DNA of 61,772 nucleotides, counting the filler. It is 7 parts of 7 records of this genome, joined end to end, with 100 filler letters (N's around TTAATTAATTAA, not from the genome) between each part and the next. Parts side by side here need not be neighbours in the genome. Positions count along the whole stretch, not along the records: positions 40,015 to 47,621 come from SRR31156797_24484; positions 47,722 to 53,493 come from SRR31156797_24492; 5 more parts are not named here. One strand, written 5' to 3'. Positions 39,915-49,696 of this stretch are shown here, piece after piece. Position 1 is the first letter of the stretch. Every line of letters starts with the position of its first letter. The position numbers were made by a program, and so were the translations under genes. Under the pieces are notes generated by a model. That model did no database searches. It worked only from the letters and a program-made list of their open reading frames with translations, and was not told the DNA's origin.

Positions 39915-40014
39915 NNNNNNNNNNNNNNNNNNNNNNNNNNNNNNNNNNNNNNNNNNNNTTAATTAATTAANNNNNNNNNNNNNNNNNNNNNNNNNNNNNN
40001 NNNNNNNNNNNNNN
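39915..40014. other. Artificial contig spacer
   Basis: 100-nt N run containing TTAATTAATTAA. Confidence 0.98.
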
Positions 40015-40069
40015 AAAATGAAAACACAGATACCGGGAATAAAAATGCCTGCACTCATTCAGATAAGAA

Positions 40070-40132
40070 ACGCGTCCGTTATATCGGACGAGCGTTCCGT
40101 TATATCAGACGACGCGTCCGTTTTATCGGACG
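40070..40132. repeat. Three tandem 21-bp palindromic units
   Basis: ACGCGTCCGTTATATCGGACG / AGCGTTCCGTTATATCAGACG / ACGCGTCCGTTTTATCGGACG. Confidence 0.8.
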
Positions 40133-40151
40133 GATCGGAGAGGATTTTATT

Positions 40152-40922
40152 TTACTTTCGGCCCGGACCGGACCTGAAAAGAGTGTCAACTACGTTACGG
40201 ACGTATTGTTCATCCGGAATCCCATCCACGGCTTCCGGTGGAAAAGCAACGATCTCCCGGAAAAAATCGGCGATGTCACGGAAGAGCTCAACCCTGGCGG
40301 CCGGATCGAGTTCGTCGCGGCGTAAAAGAGCCTGCAGGGCCAAGCCTGCTTCGGCCGGGGAAAGCCTTTGCCTCAACCGAGCTTGCAGGTGTGGATAGTC
40401 ATTGAAAGAATTGAATTTGTCAGCCAATAGCTGGTCCAGGTCGGGTTGGGAAATAACCGGATGCCGGACCACGATGGTGTTGGCGGCCAGGTCGCCCAGA
40501 CGTTGCGCTTTGCTGCTGACAAGACAGGCGATTCCGCCGACCAGGTAGAGCACAGGCAGGCTGTCCAGAAAGCGAAGCAGGTTACGGATGACAATCTGGC
40601 TCAGATCTAGCCTCAGGCCCTGCACATCCATGACCCTTAGCCTTAAAAGTCTTTTGCCTAAAGTCTGACCTCGCCATTTCCATTCCAGGACAATACCGTA
40701 CCCGATGGATATGGCGAAATAGGCCAGTATGATCGCGGCCATGGCCAGGTCCTGGCTGACCAGGCCGAAAACTTGAAAAAGGGTCCCGGCCAGCCTGGAC
40801 AGGACGCCGATAACAAGAATATCCACCAGCCAGGCCAAAAACCTGGTGACCGGTCCGGCCAGCAAGAGTGAAAAGACAACCCCTTCCGGAGTTTTTATTA
40901 TGAGGGTGTTCAGCTTGTTCAT
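40152..40922 (-). CDS. RDD family membrane protein
   Basis: TPEGV, RFLAWLVD, GQTLGK, RNLLRFLD, QRLGDLAANT; ATGA overlap with the upstream gene. Confidence 0.9.
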   Translation of the reverse strand: MNKLNTLIIKTPEGVVFSLLLAGPVTRFLAWLVDILVIGVLSRLAGTLFQVFGLVSQDLAMAAIILAYFAISIGYGIVLEWKWRGQTLGKRLLRLRVMDVQGLRLDLSQIVIRNLLRFLDSLPVLYLVGGIACLVSSKAQRLGDLAANTIVVRHPVISQPDLDQLLADKFNSFNDYPHLQARLRQRLSPAEAGLALQALLRRDELDPAARVELFRDIADFFREIVAFPPEAVDGIPDEQYVRNVVDTLFRSGPGRK

Positions 40923-41932
40923 TCTCTTCGGTCTTTCCGCCTGTCCTTGACAGCGCCCGATTTGGACAGAAACCATGTGAGCAGAATTAATTCAATAAGA
41001 CCGAAACCGATTTTCAAATAATACGGGATTACGGGTTCGTGGTATTGGGACAGAAAAGATTCTATAAAGCCCGCCCAGACCAGTAGCAGGGCGATCCCGA
41101 AAATCAGGGTCATCAGGTCGCGGGATATTTCCCTTAACCTTTTTTTCAATGAAACAGGCCTGCCCCAGCCAATGAGTGCGCCGGCCAAAACCAAACCCGC
41201 CTGTCCGGCCAGCAAAATGGCCGGAATTTCAACAGATCCATGGGGAAGCAGCCAGCCCAGTAAAAACCTTGTTTCACCGGCCAGCATATAATCCAGGGCC
41301 ACGGCGCCCAGGATCACTCCATTATAAAAGAGCAGAATGATCGTGCCGATTCCCCAGGTCATGCCCAATGCCATCGTAAAGATGGAGACCTTGGTATTAT
41401 GGGTCATAAGTTGGGATGAAAATTGGCTTTTAACGCCTTCCATCCGGTCGTCGACCGCTTTTTCTTCCCTGTCCACGCGATCCGAGGGCGAAGCCCTGAG
41501 ATGGGACCAGGGCATGATGACGCTTTTGGCTTCCGTGTCAAAACTGACCGCGGCGCCGCCGAATATAAATCCGGCGGCCATGAGGGCGATAGAAAGCCAG
41601 AAAGCCTTGATATGGCGACGAAAAGTACGTGGAAAAGTTGTGAGAAACCATTTTACGGGAGTGAGCCGATGAGGTTTGGACCTGGTTTCATGAATTTCGC
41701 CGTACGCTCGTTCCACAAGAGATTCAAGGTAACGACGAATTTCAGGTTCGGAAGAAAAAGTCATGATCTTGGCCAGGTCGGCTGACGTCCGCTGATACAG
41801 GTAATGAAACCTTCGTATCTGTTTCAGGTCCATGGTAAAGCCGGGGTCCTTGCCAAGGCGCGCCAGGATGCGATCCAGCTCAATCCAATACTTGCGTTCT
41901 TCCGACAGGAACTTGTCAAGGTCGATAATCAC
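40919..41932 (-). CDS. SpoIIM/DUF95-family membrane protein
   Basis: HNTKV, LLFYNG, PHGSVEIPAI, AGFIES; GTG start overlaps the DUF58 stop (GTGA). Confidence 0.88.
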   Translation of the reverse strand: MIIDLDKFLSEERKYWIELDRILARLGKDPGFTMDLKQIRRFHYLYQRTSADLAKIMTFSSEPEIRRYLESLVERAYGEIHETRSKPHRLTPVKWFLTTFPRTFRRHIKAFWLSIALMAAGFIFGGAAVSFDTEAKSVIMPWSHLRASPSDRVDREEKAVDDRMEGVKSQFSSQLMTHNTKVSIFTMALGMTWGIGTIILLFYNGVILGAVALDYMLAGETRFLLGWLLPHGSVEIPAILLAGQAGLVLAGALIGWGRPVSLKKRLREISRDLMTLIFGIALLLVWAGFIESFLSQYHEPVIPYYLKIGFGLIELILLTWFLSKSGAVKDRRKDRRE

Positions 41933-43293
41933 AGGGCTTGCCTCTGTTTTACGTTCAGATACTGGGAAACCAGTTGGGTGCACATTCTATCGTTTTCCAG
42001 TGCGGCGAACCCCACGTTTTTTTCCTTGAACATTTTTTCCGTCTCCCGCAATCCCGACCAGAGAAAGTGGCCGCCCAACCGCCGGTAAACATCATCTACG
42101 TTATGTACATCCGGCGATGAAAACAGGGCCCGCGAATCCGGCGGGCTGATCATGTTGACCAGGACGAGGTGCTTTCGGGAAATCATATGAATGTTTCTGG
42201 ACAGGCTTTCAGCCAAAACAGGGTCGTCCATATTGGTTAAAAAAACCAACAAGGCCCGCCGCCTGAGCCTCATACCGATAAAGGACAGGACTTCGTCAAA
42301 ATCCGGTGTGACGCCCTGCGGCTGAAGGGTGTACAAGGCTTCACGGCAGGAATCGTAATGGGCCTTGCCGTTTTTGGCCCTGATAAAGCTCAGGACCCTG
42401 TCGCTGAAGGTCAACAGCCCGAAAAGATCGCCCTGTCTTTCCGCGGCCAGCCCCATAATCAATGCTGACGTAACAAAGCGTTCGACAATGGTCGTGGCCC
42501 CGGGGTCGTCTCCGCGGGAAGACATGCGCCGTTCGCTGACCAGGGCCGCGTTTCTGGCGCTAAGCCTGGAAGCATCGATTATAACGTAGACTTCCTGGGT
42601 TCGTTCTATCTGAAAAACCTTGGTGACCGGATGCCCTCGCTTGGCCGTGGCTTTCCAGTGAATATCTTCAAAACTGTCCCCGGGCATGTATTCCCGAAGC
42701 TTTTCAAAGTCCCTGCCCTTGCCGATCTGCCTTTGGGCGTGAATGCCGATTCCGCCCCGGCTGAGAAAGAGGGCGGCCATGTTTTTGCGTTCCGAAAAAA
42801 TGTTCGGATAAACCCGAATTTCCGACTGGATGACATAAGGCTTTCTCACCGCCCATAATCCCAGGCGCGATGAAGCTTCTATGTGGCACTTTTCAAGCTG
42901 ATAACGGCCGCGCCGGACGGCGGTGCAAGCCCAGGACAGGGTCGAAGCCTGACTTTCGGCGGGCAGTTCAGCGGTAAGGATTTTTTCTTTCGAATCTATA
43001 TGCCGGGGAAAGGCCATCCCTATTTTGATATGTTTCAGCTTCAGCCTTTCGTTTTCAATCCTGATGTCAATGCGGCCTTCCCGGTCTTTTGACATACGGA
43101 TTATTTCCGGGAAATGCAGGCTTATGCCGTCAAGACGGGACAGGGCGGAAAAAGCGTCCACGACCGCCAGTATGATAATGAAGGCGACGGGCAGGCCGGC
43201 CAACCACATAAATTTGGGTATGGCCGCGGCCAGGCCGATAAAAGGAACCGCCGCGCCCGTGTAAAAAAGAAGTCTGTTTTCAGGAACGATCAT
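41929..43293 (-). CDS. DUF58 domain protein (MoxR partner, vWA-like C-terminus)
   Basis: RRGRY, VYPN, FEKLREYMPGD..IHWKATAK, IIDASR. Confidence 0.9.
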   Translation of the reverse strand: MIVPENRLLFYTGAAVPFIGLAAAIPKFMWLAGLPVAFIIILAVVDAFSALSRLDGISLHFPEIIRMSKDREGRIDIRIENERLKLKHIKIGMAFPRHIDSKEKILTAELPAESQASTLSWACTAVRRGRYQLEKCHIEASSRLGLWAVRKPYVIQSEIRVYPNIFSERKNMAALFLSRGGIGIHAQRQIGKGRDFEKLREYMPGDSFEDIHWKATAKRGHPVTKVFQIERTQEVYVIIDASRLSARNAALVSERRMSSRGDDPGATTIVERFVTSALIMGLAAERQGDLFGLLTFSDRVLSFIRAKNGKAHYDSCREALYTLQPQGVTPDFDEVLSFIGMRLRRRALLVFLTNMDDPVLAESLSRNIHMISRKHLVLVNMISPPDSRALFSSPDVHNVDDVYRRLGGHFLWSGLRETEKMFKEKNVGFAALENDRMCTQLVSQYLNVKQRQAL

Positions 43294-44255
43294 CTCGGCA
43301 CTGCTATTTCCTTCAGAATGTCCTGTATGACTTCATGGACGGTCAATCCTTCCAGTTCATATTCCGCCCTGAGAATCAGGCGGTGTTCCAGCACTGGCTG
43401 GGCCATGAGTTTAATGTCGTCGGGAGTGGCGAAATCCCGGTTGTCCAGGGCCGCGTAACAGCGGGCCGCGGCCAGCAAGGCCTGGGTTGCCCGGGGGCCG
43501 GCCCCGACCAGTACGCTCTGATGCTTGCGGGTTCCCCTGACAATGTCGACTATGTACCCGATCAATTCGTCCCGGACCAGAATGCCGGGCAACATAGTGC
43601 GAAGTTCGGCCAGGGCGTCGGGAGGTATAACCTGTTCCACGGCGCCGCTTTTCAGGGTTTCTTCCGGAGAATCATGCCCGATCATTCTCCGGGCCAAATC
43701 AAGTTCTTCATCGCGCTCTGGCGGGGCCATGTTAATTTTGAGCATAAAACGGTCTTTTTGAGCTTCCGGCAGCGGGTATGTGCCTTCATATTCGACCGGG
43801 TTTTGAGTGGCAAATACCGTGAAATTCGTCGAAAGGACATGGGTCTGACGGTCTATGGTCACTAGACGTTCCTGCATGGCCTGCAAAAGCGCGGACTGGG
43901 TTTTGGCCGGCGCGCGGTTTATTTCATCGGCCAGTAAAAAAGTTGTAAAGACCGGACCTTTGACCAGGGTGAATTTATTATCCTGAATATTGTAAACATG
44001 CGTGCCCGTGATATCCGTGGGCATAAGGTCGGGCGTAAACTGAATCCGGGCGAATTCGCAGCCCAGAACGTGAGCCAGGGTTCTGACCAGCAGGGTCTTG
44101 GCGACTCCGGGCACGCCTTCAATAAGCGCATGGGCGCCGGTGAAGATGGCGATTAGGGATTTATCAAGAACCTCGCTTTGTCCGATAATGACCTTGCCGA
44201 CTTCATTGCGGGCTCTTGTCAGTACGTTTTTCAGGAATTCCGCGTTATTTTCCAT
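43290..44255 (-). CDS. MoxR-family AAA+ ATPase
   Basis: EGVPGVAKT, RIQFTPDLMPTD, LLADEINRAPAKTQSALL, ATQNPVE, YPLPEAQ.DRF. Confidence 0.95.
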   Translation of the reverse strand: MENNAEFLKNVLTRARNEVGKVIIGQSEVLDKSLIAIFTGAHALIEGVPGVAKTLLVRTLAHVLGCEFARIQFTPDLMPTDITGTHVYNIQDNKFTLVKGPVFTTFLLADEINRAPAKTQSALLQAMQERLVTIDRQTHVLSTNFTVFATQNPVEYEGTYPLPEAQKDRFMLKINMAPPERDEELDLARRMIGHDSPEETLKSGAVEQVIPPDALAELRTMLPGILVRDELIGYIVDIVRGTRKHQSVLVGAGPRATQALLAAARCYAALDNRDFATPDDIKLMAQPVLEHRLILRAEYELEGLTVHEVIQDILKEIAVPR

Positions 44256-45559
44256 GACTTTTTTCCTTCTGACAGGATAGTGTGAATCGTTTTATAATCC
44301 CGGACCGGGTCTTTGCCGGCTGCACCGGACGCGACCATATCCTTTATTTTTTGCGGTGCGTCTCCCCAGTCCTTGAGCCGGTTGGCATAGGTGGATTCCC
44401 ATTCCTTGACGCAAACCGAAAGAACCTGGTCGGTCGGTATATTTCGCCTTAATAGACTGACCAGGCCGGCGGTGTAATCCCTTTGAGAAGAAAAGACGCC
44501 GGTTTTTGTTTCCATATCATCTTCTTCAGGCGGGACCAGGCTGGTGGAATTTCGCCAGATAAAGAGCCCGGCCAGGACAAGCAGCCCGGCAAACAAACCG
44601 TGAAGCCTGTATTTTCTTGCCAACCCGGCCACGTTGTCTTGTTCGCCCAAACCAAAATGTGTTTCTTCAAAAAGTATTTTCGGCTGCTTTTTATACTCGG
44701 GACCTATAAACCAGGTCAGCAGCCGGGGCCGGGGATCGTTTTTTAAGGCTTCATTGCTGAAATAATAGGAATCGGACGCCAGAACGATGGTTCCCTGGCC
44801 GAATTTTCGTTCAATGACAACCGGGCGGCCTTTGACCGCGTACACGGTTTTCCATTGTTTGTTTAAATCCTTAAAATAAAGAATGCTGTGCCAGGCGATT
44901 CTTTGGGGCAGGTCGGAGTTTTTAAGTTTGCGCACGGCGACGATGCTTTTATTCTTTTTAAAAAAGCTTCGTTCAAAGCCAAAGCTCAACCCCCAGTGCA
45001 AGGGCAATGATTCAGATTTCTTAACTTCTTTTTTCTTTTCTTTTTTCGCCTTCTTTTCATCTTGCGGGGACTTTTTTTTCTTTTCTATTTCCTTTTCCGC
45101 CGGCAGATCCTTATCTTTCTTAGCCTTCTTTTTTTCAGCCTTTTTCTTGTCTTTTATTTCATCATCGTTTTCATATGGGCGGTCCATTACCGGAGCAAAA
45201 GCCATGACCAGCCTTCCGCCCGTGACCGCCAAACTGTCCAGGGGGTCCATGGAGCCGAACAGGGAAAAGTAAAAACGGCGCAGGTTGGCGCCCAGGTAAA
45301 GAACCGTGGTTCCCCTGGATGCTTCTATCTGATTGAGCGATTTGTGGTTGCGTTTGACGGACAGTCCTTCAATTTTATCAAGACTTTCAAAAAGGGCCTT
45401 GGAACCGAGCGGATCGGAGCGGAGTGACGAATAGGCCGGAAGTATGTCGCCTGTTTCAAAACGCATATAAAACAGATTAACCATGCCGATAATAAAGGCG
45501 ATGATTATGAAGGCCGGAACCAGACCGGCTGATCCGCGTTTAATTATTGATCGGCTCAT
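44231..45559 (-). CDS. DUF4350-like membrane-anchored protein with Lys-rich insert
   Basis: YSS...PLG.KAL, G.GTIVL..D..FSN, FEETH, two TM segments; located just upstream of moxR. Confidence 0.75.
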   Translation of the reverse strand: MSRSIIKRGSAGLVPAFIIIAFIIGMVNLFYMRFETGDILPAYSSLRSDPLGSKALFESLDKIEGLSVKRNHKSLNQIEASRGTTVLYLGANLRRFYFSLFGSMDPLDSLAVTGGRLVMAFAPVMDRPYENDDEIKDKKKAEKKKAKKDKDLPAEKEIEKKKKSPQDEKKAKKEKKKEVKKSESLPLHWGLSFGFERSFFKKNKSIVAVRKLKNSDLPQRIAWHSILYFKDLNKQWKTVYAVKGRPVVIERKFGQGTIVLASDSYYFSNEALKNDPRPRLLTWFIGPEYKKQPKILFEETHFGLGEQDNVAGLARKYRLHGLFAGLLVLAGLFIWRNSTSLVPPEEDDMETKTGVFSSQRDYTAGLVSLLRRNIPTDQVLSVCVKEWESTYANRLKDWGDAPQKIKDMVASGAAGKDPVRDYKTIHTILSEGKKSWKITRNS

Positions 45560-45575
45560 ATTCCTCTCAGGCCCG

Positions 45576-47291
45576 TCAATTAAGTACGGGCGGCCCTTGG
45601 CCCGGTTTGCCGAATTCGGCCCGGACAGCGTTGATTATCCGCTCGCGGGCCCCGGCGAAATCCTTTATATCGTTTAATGTCGGCTCCAACCTCCCGTACC
45701 AGGCCATGTCGAAAACCCTGACGCTTCGCCTGAACTCATCGTTGACGTCATCGTTTCCCTGGAGTCTGCGCCTGAATTCCCGCAAGTAGTCGCGATTGGA
45801 TTTGTGCTTGGCGATTACAATTATTTCATGGTCGGCCAGGCCGGCCAGGGTGGCCAGGTACAGGGCCCGCAAGGCCAATCGGGTTTGTCCTTTTTCCATC
45901 AATTCCCTGGCCAGGGACAACCATTTGTCCACGGGCAGATCGTCGGCGCCGACCGATTCGTCATTTAGATCGGGAACGGTTGGCGGGGCGGCTTTGGCTT
46001 GCACCACAGGCCTGTTCTTTCTGTTTTTCCAAATTCGCCAGGCAAAAACCCCAAGGATGCAAGTCGCCAGACCCAGGACAATGAACAGAATGATATGAGC
46101 GGAAGACATCCAACTGGTGGAATCCCGGGGCCTGTCCGGGGCGTCGTCGCTTTCCGGGAACAGGGATCTCCACCAATCATCCACCCTGTTCATCCACTTG
46201 CGCACGGCCCTGACGCCGCTTTTAATTTGGTTAACGGTCCATTCCATGAATTCCGACAAAAGGCCGGGCTCTTTTTCTTCATGCGGGGATTTTTCGCGAG
46301 GCATACGCCAGGCGAATTCCCTCTGGTTGATCGTTTGTTTTATTGATCGGTCAAGTTCCACATGAGAGACGGCCGGTTTTGGCTGGGCGATTTTTCCCGA
46401 TGCGGCGGGGGCGCCCGCTGTCAGAAAGAAAGTCAGTATAATCAGGACGCCGATTCCTGTTTTGGCCGCGCTAAGGAAGCCGGCCAATTCGACTTTAAGA
46501 TCCAGGCCGGTCCTGATAGAGTCGCCGTAAAAGCATCTTAAGGCGTAGCAGGCTTTTAAAATGGGATCGAGACAAAGGTAGGTCATGGCGGAAACGGAAA
46601 TAAGAAATGTTGTGTTTAAAATATGCAAACCGCTCCGGGTGAACATCGTATCAACCCCAAGCAGGCTTTTGATCAATTGCGGGATCATCATGACGGCCGA
46701 GGCCAGGTTGAGGAACACAAAAAAGCCGAAAGAGAACATGATGAGGATGATCAGGTGATTCTGCATCGGCCATAGACCGGCCTGTTTCATAGAGCGCCTG
46801 GCCAGGTCCCTGATCCGGTCGTCATTGCCGTCCCCGAACACGGATACATTCTGATAAAAAGCATAAGCCCAGCTAAAGGGCGCGACCATGATCAGGGCGA
46901 CGGGCAGAACAAACAAGCCCGTGGAATGAATCAAGGCCTGGTACAATATCATTCTGGGCGTCCGTATTATGGACGGGGCCGCGGCCGGCCCGCGGCTGAT
47001 GGCAAATGTCAGCCGCTGGGCAAAAACCGCCTGCCAGTATTTCATCCAGATAAAAAGCAGGGCCAGGCCCAGTGATGCGGCCGCGTCGTACCGGTGGGCG
47101 AAAGCGCTTCTGCTCATATCGGCCCAAAAATAAAGCAAGCCGAGTACAAAGGGCAGGCTGCCGATGTAATAAAGGGATAATACGCCAAGGGGGAGCCGGC
47201 GGAGCAGTTGCACCGCTTCCTCGATTATTTCAATGGCCCCTTTGATTTTATTGTTTTTATTCGGGGCCGGCTGCTTCACGGATGGAGGCAT
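45576..47291 (-). CDS. Multi-TM protein with C-terminal DUF4129 domain
   Basis: N-terminal TM bundle; ALRALYLA.L..L, KSNRDY, F...WYG. Confidence 0.8.
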   Translation of the reverse strand: MPPSVKQPAPNKNNKIKGAIEIIEEAVQLLRRLPLGVLSLYYIGSLPFVLGLLYFWADMSRSAFAHRYDAAASLGLALLFIWMKYWQAVFAQRLTFAISRGPAAAPSIIRTPRMILYQALIHSTGLFVLPVALIMVAPFSWAYAFYQNVSVFGDGNDDRIRDLARRSMKQAGLWPMQNHLIILIMFSFGFFVFLNLASAVMMIPQLIKSLLGVDTMFTRSGLHILNTTFLISVSAMTYLCLDPILKACYALRCFYGDSIRTGLDLKVELAGFLSAAKTGIGVLIILTFFLTAGAPAASGKIAQPKPAVSHVELDRSIKQTINQREFAWRMPREKSPHEEKEPGLLSEFMEWTVNQIKSGVRAVRKWMNRVDDWWRSLFPESDDAPDRPRDSTSWMSSAHIILFIVLGLATCILGVFAWRIWKNRKNRPVVQAKAAPPTVPDLNDESVGADDLPVDKWLSLARELMEKGQTRLALRALYLATLAGLADHEIIVIAKHKSNRDYLREFRRRLQGNDDVNDEFRRSVRVFDMAWYGRLEPTLNDIKDFAGARERIINAVRAEFGKPGQGPPVLN

Positions 47292-47294
47292 GTT

Positions 47295-47612
47295 TTACCA
47301 CCAGGCTTCCTGCCAGAGCGTCCCTTCATGAAAGGAAGAGGGTATGCTTAAAAGAATTCGGGCCATGTAATAAAAGAAAATCCATATCAGCCAGATTCCG
47401 ATCGCGGATTGAACAAACCTGGTAATAAGGGCCAGTCTTTTTCTTTTTGTTTTGGGCGCGGCCGAGAGCTTGCCCAGGCAGGCCGCGCAGAGCACCCGGT
47501 CTTCATGTTCTGTAATGCACTCCCGGCAGAAAAAACGTCCGCATTCGGGACAGCGGGCAACGGCTTCCCGGTCGGGATGATTAAAGCATCGGCGTTTAAC
47601 AAGGTCCTGCAT
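47295..47612 (-). CDS. B-box-type zinc finger membrane protein
   Basis: CFNHPDREAVARCPECGRFFCREC...CAAC plus one TM segment. Confidence 0.8.
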   Translation of the reverse strand: MQDLVKRRCFNHPDREAVARCPECGRFFCRECITEHEDRVLCAACLGKLSAAPKTKRKRLALITRFVQSAIGIWLIWIFFYYMARILLSIPSSFHEGTLWQEAWW

Positions 47613-47621
47613 GATTGTCGT

Positions 47622-47721
47622 NNNNNNNNNNNNNNNNNNNNNNNNNNNNNNNNNNNNNNNNNNNNTTAATTAATTAANNNNNNNNNNNNNNNNNNNNNNN
47701 NNNNNNNNNNNNNNNNNNNNN
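47622..47721. other. Artificial contig spacer
   Basis: 100-nt N run containing TTAATTAATTAA. Confidence 0.98.
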
Positions 47722-47723
47722 TA

Positions 47724-49352
47724 TTACACCTTGCTTTTCTTCTGGTCCTGGTGCCATTGGGTGAAAAGCCGGTCAAAGTATTGTTCGTCCTCGAGCATAT
47801 CCCTGGTTACGGTGTAGGGGCCGGTTACGCCCATGTAGTTCAGGGCTCCGGCGCCTTTAAGCAACTTGCTTAAAACTTCCGAAATCTGGATATTCCGGGC
47901 GGCCGAGTATTCTTCCACGTATTTCTCGGCTTCTTCTTCAAGGACCAGTTCCAACCCGTATTCCCGTCTGAACCATTCCATGTAGTCAACAAAAGGAGAT
48001 TTTTCCAGTATGGCCAGGAGGGCGTCCTTGGGTCTGTCACAGAGATTTTTATCAACGGACAGCTTGTTAAAATTCGAACCGGGAAGTTCGAATTGAAAAT
48101 CGGTCAGTATGTTTTCCCAGACGCTTACCAGGGCCCGCGCACCGGTTCTCTGATTTTCGGATATCTCGGCGACATAGTCGACAGCGTCCGCTTTAATATC
48201 CAGGTCAATTCCGAAAAGCGAGAATTCCATTTTATACTGATCGACCAGGGAATCTTCGGTTTCCGTCATTATTCTGACCAGGTCGTTTTTCGAGAGAAGA
48301 TTTACAAAGGTCCGTATTGGCGAACGGCCGACCAATTCCGGAATCAATCCGAATCTAATATAGTCCTCGGCCGTGGCTTCGGCATAATAGTTGCGATACT
48401 TATCCGGGTCCTGTTCATCCTGATCGGCTTGACCAAATCCCTGGATGACAAAACCGCCCTCTTCCGTCAACCGTCCGCCCCGATGGGCCATCCTTTTGCG
48501 GACGATGGTTTCAAGGTTATCCTGGGGACGTTCAAACGAGCCGCCTAAAATGAACAGAATTTTTTCAGTGCTGATCATGTTGGCGTTGGGATCCGGCTCT
48601 ACTCCCCGCTGGCGGTCCATTGCTTCCTGGATCTGGGAGGCGGGGGACATAGGATTGTCGATGGAAACTAGCTTGCGTTCAATGAGCTTTAACACGGCCC
48701 GCTGGAAGCCTTCACGGGAAATGTCATGTCCCATAAGGCGGCCGTCCTTGGCCTTTTTATCCACTTCATCTATAAAAATCAAACCGCCGTGGCGAGAAAC
48801 AAAAGCAGCCTGTTCCTGCCGGCTGGTTCCAGGGGCCAGGTCGATCAGTTCCCTGATCATGTCGTCCGCGCTTTTACCCACATATCCGGCTTCGGTGTAA
48901 TCCGTTGCATCCACTATCAAGGCCGGAACTTCGAGGAGATCGCCCAGGACTTCGATACAATAAGTCTTACCGCTGCCCGAGGGGCCTGCCGTGATGGTGT
49001 TCTTTTTTCGAAAGCGCTTTACCTTTGTTTGTTCCGGATTCTCGTGCAGATAATGGAGCATGGCAAAGTGGTAAGCAGCAGCGATTGAAACGCGTTTCTT
49101 GTATTCTTCCTGCCCGATTACATATTTATCAAGATGCTCCTTGATTTCTCGGGGAGTGTAGATTGGTATGTTGAATGATCCGGCGGATTTCGAAGCCCCG
49201 GCGGCGCCTCCGAATTTGTCGGTCAAAAACTTGTTAAAGGCATCCTGGGCCCTGTCTTGCGCATCAAGAAAAGCCCGCGACGCGGTTGCCTCATCTACTC
49301 CATATTCTTGCATAATCTGCTCAAGAGCTTCACGGGGGATACTGACTTTCAT
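47724..49352 (-). CDS. ClpX-like AAA+ ATPase lacking the C4 zinc-binding domain
   Basis: YVIGQ, GPSGSGKT, TEAGYVG, FIDEVDK, GLIPELVGR, TGARAL; different N-terminus and about 90 extra C-terminal residues. Confidence 0.85.
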   Translation of the reverse strand: MKVSIPREALEQIMQEYGVDEATASRAFLDAQDRAQDAFNKFLTDKFGGAAGASKSAGSFNIPIYTPREIKEHLDKYVIGQEEYKKRVSIAAAYHFAMLHYLHENPEQTKVKRFRKKNTITAGPSGSGKTYCIEVLGDLLEVPALIVDATDYTEAGYVGKSADDMIRELIDLAPGTSRQEQAAFVSRHGGLIFIDEVDKKAKDGRLMGHDISREGFQRAVLKLIERKLVSIDNPMSPASQIQEAMDRQRGVEPDPNANMISTEKILFILGGSFERPQDNLETIVRKRMAHRGGRLTEEGGFVIQGFGQADQDEQDPDKYRNYYAEATAEDYIRFGLIPELVGRSPIRTFVNLLSKNDLVRIMTETEDSLVDQYKMEFSLFGIDLDIKADAVDYVAEISENQRTGARALVSVWENILTDFQFELPGSNFNKLSVDKNLCDRPKDALLAILEKSPFVDYMEWFRREYGLELVLEEEAEKYVEEYSAARNIQISEVLSKLLKGAGALNYMGVTGPYTVTRDMLEDEQYFDRLFTQWHQDQKKSKV

Positions 49353-49666
49353 TGATCAATAAACCTCTCGGTATTTTTTACGCCGCGCCCCTTAATATCA
49401 ATAAATTATTCAAAAAAACAATTTAAACTATCGTATCGGATTAATATCCGCATCGCAGAGCGGCGCATAACGCTAACAAAGTAAGCACGGTATGGGACTA
49501 TGTCAATTCCCTGAATAACATCAACACGCCGGGTTTGAGATATCAGGCGTCAGCCGACTGCAAAATTTACAATTATAATAAATTGTATAATCAGCTAATT
49601 ATAGTATATTTTAATTTTATACTATATTATAGTATTGACTTTTATATATATTTTCAATATTACGTT

Positions 49667-49680
49667 AGTCAGAACTCACT
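49667..49680. promoter_or_regulatory. Putative TetR operator AGTCAG-AA-CTCACT
   Basis: Near-palindrome between a TTGACT -35 (49635-49640) and the tetR start. Confidence 0.45.
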
Positions 49681-49696
49681 TATATAAGGCATTCAA

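Noticed and set aside
40070-40132. Possible CRISPR array
   Set aside because: Units are directly adjacent with no spacers, only 21 bp long, and there are no cas genes.
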